Shown here piece by piece: positions 59,806 to 64,000 of a DNA stretch of 64,000 bases (position 1 is its first letter; every line of letters begins with the position of its first letter). The notes beneath the pieces are model-generated. The model saw nothing but the letters and a program-made list of their open reading frames with translations. It was not told where the DNA came from and ran no database searches. The DNA comes from Salinisphaera sp. GTDB taxonomy: Bacteria; Pseudomonadota; Gammaproteobacteria; Nevskiales; Salinisphaeraceae. The translations under genes were made by a program, and so were the position numbers. The stretch spans positions 5,494 through 69,493 of the forward strand of contig NZ_PBYA01000033.1 of the NCBI RefSeq assembly GCF_002729955.1. The letters are read 5' to 3'.

Positions 59806-61434
59806 ATGAGTGCGCCGGCTGTCTTGTATTACCACCATGATCGCGCCGACTTGCGCGGCGGCGCCTGGCTGGTCGGCATCGGCGGCCTGGCGCTGCTGGC
59901 GATCATGTTGCCGATCGTCCATGAATCGGCTTCCGAACAGGCTCCGCTGATCACGGGTGCGATCGCGATCGCGCTCTGGCTTGCGCTGGTGGCAGTGTTG
60001 GGGTGGCAGGCACGTATCGCCCGGGGCCGTGCGGACACGATCACGATCGATGCCACGGGCTTTGTCTCGCAGCTGTTCGGACGTGTCGATTTTGCCGATA
60101 TCACGAGCCACGCCGTCGGCCGGGATACGAAACCCTGGCGTTGGGAGTGCAACGCGCCGGCGCTGCGATTGACGCTCGCCGACCGGCGGCGGCTGCGTTT
60201 TCATCTGGACGCTCGCCACTACCACGAGGATCTGCTGGATTATGTCGCGTTCGTGGACACGGTCCGTGCCCGTGTTCAGAACGCGCCGAGCAGCGCGGCG
60301 CACGCGGATGTACTGGGCCGCGCCCGCCTGTTTGGCGATACGCCGACCGAGCCGGTCAGGCCGGCCGCGCCCGCCGCCGCCGCGCCTGCTGAAAAGACAC
60401 CGTCGCGCGATGACCGGCGCGCCCGCCGGGCGGCGTCGAACCCGTCGCCGTCCTCTGTCGAGCGGGTACGCCGGCCGCGGCGACAGCCTGCCACGCACGA
60501 CGCGCAGCCCGATACGCGGGATGACGATACGGGCACGGCGGCCCACCGCATGAGCCAGGCCAACCGGCGCGCCGATCAGCGCTTCAGGCAACAGATGGCC
60601 CGTCACGGCAAATGGGCGGCACTGGCGATGGTGCTGTTGCCGCTGAGCTATGCGATACGCACCTGCGATATGAGCGCGATCAAGCCAGGGCCGTTCGATG
60701 GCATGGCCGAGCAAGCGCCCCAAGCCCTTGAAAACAGCCGCAGCCTGTTGCAAACCGCGATCGCGGAAAAAGGGCCGGTCTATCTCTGGAGCAATGCCCA
60801 GGATCAAACCATCAAGCCGGTACTCGCGCCCAACGTCCAGGCGCGCGATATCGGCATCGACACGCTGGACATGATGAACACCGCCGGCGACCTGATGAGC
60901 TTTGTCATCAATGACGAGGCCGAGGGCTATCGAATGGGCATCCAGCACGACGGCACGCTGGCGCTGTCGTCTTATTCGAAGATCTCGCTGCGCCCGGTCG
61001 AGGGCGAACGCACTCTGTTCTTCTTCGTGCTCGCGCCCGCCGGCGTCGATGTCGAAAGCCAAACCGGCCACGCGATGCCGGATATCAGTTGGCGCGTGTC
61101 CTATCGAAATGCCGACGACCTGCCGCAACGAATCGAACAGGCCGACAAGCCTCTGCCGATGTCGCTGATCACCCGCTGGATGCAGATGACCCCGCCGCCG
61201 CGCATCATGGTGGCGGCCGCGCGCTATCACGGTATGACCGACGCCGATTTCGACACCGCCGTGGCGCAACTCACGGCCGACTTCGAGCGTCGCGGCATCG
61301 ATACATCGGGCTTTGAAACACGCCGTTTCGACACCGGCATAGTGCGTGCGCCCGAGCACGATAGCAGCAGCGCCGGCGATGCCGACACTGCGACCGACCC
61401 CCAGCAACGAGAGGCCCGCGATGGCCACCAGTGA
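59806..61434 (+). CDS. hypothetical membrane protein (2 N-terminal TM, Pro/Ala/Arg-rich disordered linker, third TM, ~250-aa C-terminal domain)
   Basis: The plus-strand frame has high third-position GC and a protein-like composition, with clear TM helices (WLVGIGGLALLAIMLPIV, ITGAIAIALWLALVAVLGW, WAALAMVLLPLSYAI). The start is taken at MSAPAVLYYHH. The antisense 620-aa ORF is Arg-rich junk. No family recognised. Confidence 0.6.
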   Translation: MSAPAVLYYHHDRADLRGGAWLVGIGGLALLAIMLPIVHESASEQAPLITGAIAIALWLALVAVLGWQARIARGRADTITIDATGFVSQLFGRVDFADITSHAVGRDTKPWRWECNAPALRLTLADRRRLRFHLDARHYHEDLLDYVAFVDTVRARVQNAPSSAAHADVLGRARLFGDTPTEPVRPAAPAAAAPAEKTPSRDDRRARRAASNPSPSSVERVRRPRRQPATHDAQPDTRDDDTGTAAHRMSQANRRADQRFRQQMARHGKWAALAMVLLPLSYAIRTCDMSAIKPGPFDGMAEQAPQALENSRSLLQTAIAEKGPVYLWSNAQDQTIKPVLAPNVQARDIGIDTLDMMNTAGDLMSFVINDEAEGYRMGIQHDGTLALSSYSKISLRPVEGERTLFFFVLAPAGVDVESQTGHAMPDISWRVSYRNADDLPQRIEQADKPLPMSLITRWMQMTPPPRIMVAAARYHGMTDADFDTAVAQLTADFERRGIDTSGFETRRFDTGIVRAPEHDSSSAGDADTATDPQQREARDGHQ

Positions 61435-62647
61435 AGCCGCCCCGCCGGTTCCGGAACGTATCGGCGCGGTGTTCGTCGTGCGCGTGGCCTGTCGCGATCT
61501 CAAACGGCTGGCGATTGCCGACGACATGACCGTCTATCGGCTGTGTACCGATGGCGGCGTGTTCTTCTTCGACGACCGGCAGTTCGATGTCGATGCCCTG
61601 CAACGCCGGCTGCGCCGCGGCGATACCGTGACGATCGGCGCTCACCGCCTGCGCGACGGCAGCGCCTGGCTGCATTGGATCAGCCGTGATCGGCGCATAT
61701 GGGCGGCCGAGCCCGCGCGCCGGCGCTGGCTGGCACCGTGTGTGCTCGCGCTCTGCTGGGTGCCGATCGCCATCGCGCTGATGCTGCCCGGGGCCGTGAA
61801 TATCGGCTGGGTCCTGCTGCGGATCGTATTGTTCGTCACCGCCGGCGGTGCACTGGCGTGGTCGTCGTACCGGCTGATGCTCGAATGGCACCCGGGCCGT
61901 CGCCGTCTGCGCGCGGCGCTCGATGCACTTCGAAACGGGCGGCAGCCGGTGTTGTCCACGCCGCCGGCGTATTCAAGCGCGCCCGACCTGGCATTGCCCG
62001 ACGGCGTGCACGGCGATATGGGGCTTCTGCAGGGGCCTCTCAGCGGCGTGCTCGTGGCGTTGCGCACCTACGGCACCGGGCGCTACAGCTACAGCGTTTA
62101 CGAGTACCAACTGCGCTGTTCGGGCGAGACATTCGCGCTGAGCACCACGGCCTGGGACTGGCGCCGCGCGATCGACCCGGTGCTGCTCCGTCGGCCGCCG
62201 TTGTTTCTGGCCGAGGGCGATCGCGTCACCCTGCTCACCTCCATGGCCGACGGCGAGGTGCGCGGCCTGCTCAACCATACCGACGGTATCGCCCATGTCT
62301 CGTACAAGGGCACGCCGCATACCCCGACCGCGCGGCGTATCGTGCTGCCGATCGTCGCCCTCATGCTGGCGTTCATGTTCGTCGTGATGCTCAGCTTCGA
62401 GCTCTATAGCTGGTACGAGCGCGGCGTGGGGCCGGACTACTGGGACTGGCGCGAGCTGCTTGGGCTCGGCGGCACGATCATGCTCATGATGATGCTCCTG
62501 CTCAGTGGCTTCGGCCTGATCGGCGAGCGGATCCATCATCACTATTATCGCTACCGGGAACGCCCGTCGATGGATCGGATTCTGGGTATCGCGTTCCAGT
62601 GGCGGCTGCGCCAGCGGCGTAGCGCCACCCTCAACGAGATGGCCTGA
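61421..62647 (+). CDS. hypothetical polytopic membrane protein
   Basis: The ATG at 61421 overlaps the upstream stop by 14 nt (translational coupling). There are two central and two or three C-terminal TM helices, with soluble domains between them. No family recognised. Confidence 0.6.
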   Translation: MATSEAAPPVPERIGAVFVVRVACRDLKRLAIADDMTVYRLCTDGGVFFFDDRQFDVDALQRRLRRGDTVTIGAHRLRDGSAWLHWISRDRRIWAAEPARRRWLAPCVLALCWVPIAIALMLPGAVNIGWVLLRIVLFVTAGGALAWSSYRLMLEWHPGRRRLRAALDALRNGRQPVLSTPPAYSSAPDLALPDGVHGDMGLLQGPLSGVLVALRTYGTGRYSYSVYEYQLRCSGETFALSTTAWDWRRAIDPVLLRRPPLFLAEGDRVTLLTSMADGEVRGLLNHTDGIAHVSYKGTPHTPTARRIVLPIVALMLAFMFVVMLSFELYSWYERGVGPDYWDWRELLGLGGTIMLMMMLLLSGFGLIGERIHHHYYRYRERPSMDRILGIAFQWRLRQRRSATLNEMA

Positions 62648-62649
62648 GC

Positions 62650-63927
62650 ATGGTCCCGGTCTGGGTACGGCCGTGGTTGCTTGCGGCATTGCTGGCTTAT
62701 GCCGTGTTCGGCTTCTACTGGTATCTGTTCGTTGGCTATGCCGGCGGCTGGCACAATCAGCCCGAACAGCGTCTCGCCACGAAACTGGTTGAACCGGTGG
62801 ACTGGGACACACTCGAAACGGCCGCGGCCGGCGACGACGTGCTGCTGAGCGTGACATCCAGCGGCCGCGACGGCGAAGCCGAAGCCTGTACGCGCGACGG
62901 CGCCTGTCGCGACAAATGTCAGGCCGATGGAACAGTCAGGGCAGACGACACGCACCCGGTGCTCAACTGTCTGGTAACTGTGCCCGAAGCCGACATGAGC
63001 GATCGCAAGCAACAGATCGAGCGGATGATACGCCAGCGCGACCCGCTCGGTTTGAGCTATCTGCTGCGCGCCACCGATGACGAGCTGGCCGTCGTGGCCC
63101 GCTTGCAAGGCAACATCGAAGCCATGCAGTGCGGGCCGAACGGCACCTGCTATCTGATCGCGGAACTGCCGGATATCCCGAACAAGACGGTATTCGTCTC
63201 GAACGACCACGGCCACCACTGGCAACTGGCCGCGCAGAACGTGCTCGACAAAGCCTATGTGCCGAAAATCGTCGGTATCGACGGCGAGCGCGTGTGGGTC
63301 GACGGGTTCCAGCGTATCGTTCTGTCGGACGACGGCGGGCGCACCTGGCGCGTGCTCGCCGATGAAGAGCGGCTGCTCGCCCACAACGCCCGCGTCATGG
63401 GCGACCAGTCGCATAGCGACAGTATGAGCGATCGCTTTCGCTGGCGCCTGGACGATGCCGGCCAGCTCTATGCCGTGAGCGGCGACGGCTATAGCGATCG
63501 GTCGGGCGTGGCGATCTACCGGCTCGACGCGAAAACCGGCGAGATCGTCTCCGCCGCGCGCCATGAGGGCAGCTTCCCCTCGCTCGTCAACGGCCCCGGC
63601 GGCCAGCTTTTCGGCATCTACCGCACGCCCGAGCCCGCCCGCTATACAGTGTATCGCCTGCGCAACGGCAACTGGTCGCCCGTACTGGTGGCCGGCAACG
63701 CGCCGCTCAGTAGCTTGCGCGGCAACGCCCACGCGCTCATCGTCGAAAAAGGCCGCGGCGACGGCGCGCACCTGCTGCTCAGCCGGGACGGCGGTCAGCA
63801 CTGGCAGGCCATGGCCGATCTCTATATCCGTGATCGTATGGAATTCGACCCGGCCGGCGCCGGCTGGCTGCGCATGGGCTACCGCAACCGGGAAGGCTAT
63901 TACGGCTATCGCTGGATTCGGCCGTAG
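62650..63927 (+). CDS. membrane-anchored BNR/Asp-box repeat (beta-propeller-like) protein
   Basis: 425 aa. The ATG lies 2 nt after the upstream stop. N-terminal TM (WLLAALLAYAVFGFYWYLFVGY). Three Asp-box motifs S-x-D-x-G-x-x-W (SNDHGHHW, SDDGGRTW, SRDGGQHW). Confidence 0.7.
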   Translation: MVPVWVRPWLLAALLAYAVFGFYWYLFVGYAGGWHNQPEQRLATKLVEPVDWDTLETAAAGDDVLLSVTSSGRDGEAEACTRDGACRDKCQADGTVRADDTHPVLNCLVTVPEADMSDRKQQIERMIRQRDPLGLSYLLRATDDELAVVARLQGNIEAMQCGPNGTCYLIAELPDIPNKTVFVSNDHGHHWQLAAQNVLDKAYVPKIVGIDGERVWVDGFQRIVLSDDGGRTWRVLADEERLLAHNARVMGDQSHSDSMSDRFRWRLDDAGQLYAVSGDGYSDRSGVAIYRLDAKTGEIVSAARHEGSFPSLVNGPGGQLFGIYRTPEPARYTVYRLRNGNWSPVLVAGNAPLSSLRGNAHALIVEKGRGDGAHLLLSRDGGQHWQAMADLYIRDRMEFDPAGAGWLRMGYRNREGYYGYRWIRP

Positions 63928-63945
63928 GGCGCCGGGATATCCCCG

Positions 63946-63989
63946 GGATATCCGGGGACAGTATACTGGATATCCGGGGACAGTATACT
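63946..63989. repeat. perfect 22-bp tandem duplication containing two 8-bp palindromes per unit
   Basis: GGATATCCGGGGACAGTATACT occurs twice (63946-63967, 63968-63989), preceded by a partial CCGGGATATCC copy at 63932-63942. GGATATCC and AGTATACT are each self-complementary. Confidence 0.8.
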
Positions 63990-64000
63990 GATCTCGCTTT

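Overview
GC-rich (by eye about two-thirds G+C) proteobacterial, most likely gammaproteobacterial, chromosome segment spanning the replication-origin neighbourhood. It is almost entirely housekeeping. Gene order: manC-manB (-), TPR protein plus L,D-transpeptidase (+), dsbA-cytochrome c4 (-), engB (+), polA (-), lptM-lysA (-), adhC-fghA formaldehyde detoxification (-), esterase-dedA (+), tamA-tamB (-), S9 peptidase and NRDE protein (-), ndh (+), glnA-DUF4124-ntrB-ntrC (-), glyQ-glyS-gmhB (+), dnaA-dnaN-recF-gyrB (-), rpmH-rnpA-yidC-mnmE (+), FMN-dependent GltS-like protein plus a solitary ectC-like gene (+), glutaminyl cyclase (-), FNT transporter and csbD (+), amidoligase-amidotransferase pair (-), aceE-aceF-[ParE-type TA module]-lpdA (+), then three uncharacterised membrane/BNR proteins (+). 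I saw no rRNA, tRNA, CRISPR, transposase or integrase. The most interesting signal is non-coding. The ~830 bp just downstream of polA (7654-8443, minus strand) holds four tandem ~115-nt small-RNA genes. Each has its own ECF sigma-E/AlgU-type promoter (GAACTC-N16/17-TCTGA), a covarying first hairpin, three C-rich (anti-Shine-Dalgarno-like) loops and an intrinsic terminator. This resembles an expanded sX13-type array. Other observations worth a second look: a MITE/REP-like palindromic element built from 10-bp-phased GCAGATC motifs (at least 2 loci); an AT-rich dnaA-dnaN spacer with DnaA boxes (candidate oriC); a toxin-antitoxin pair inserted inside the pyruvate dehydrogenase operon; charge-block (poly-acidic then Lys-rich) linkers in E2 and E3; near-identical lipoyl-domain DNA repeats; an orphan ectC; and a translationally coupled 3-gene cluster of unknown function at the right end. 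Long antisense ORFs in the track are GC-driven shadows and were rejected. All calls rest on reading the sequence and translations by eye; no database searches were run.
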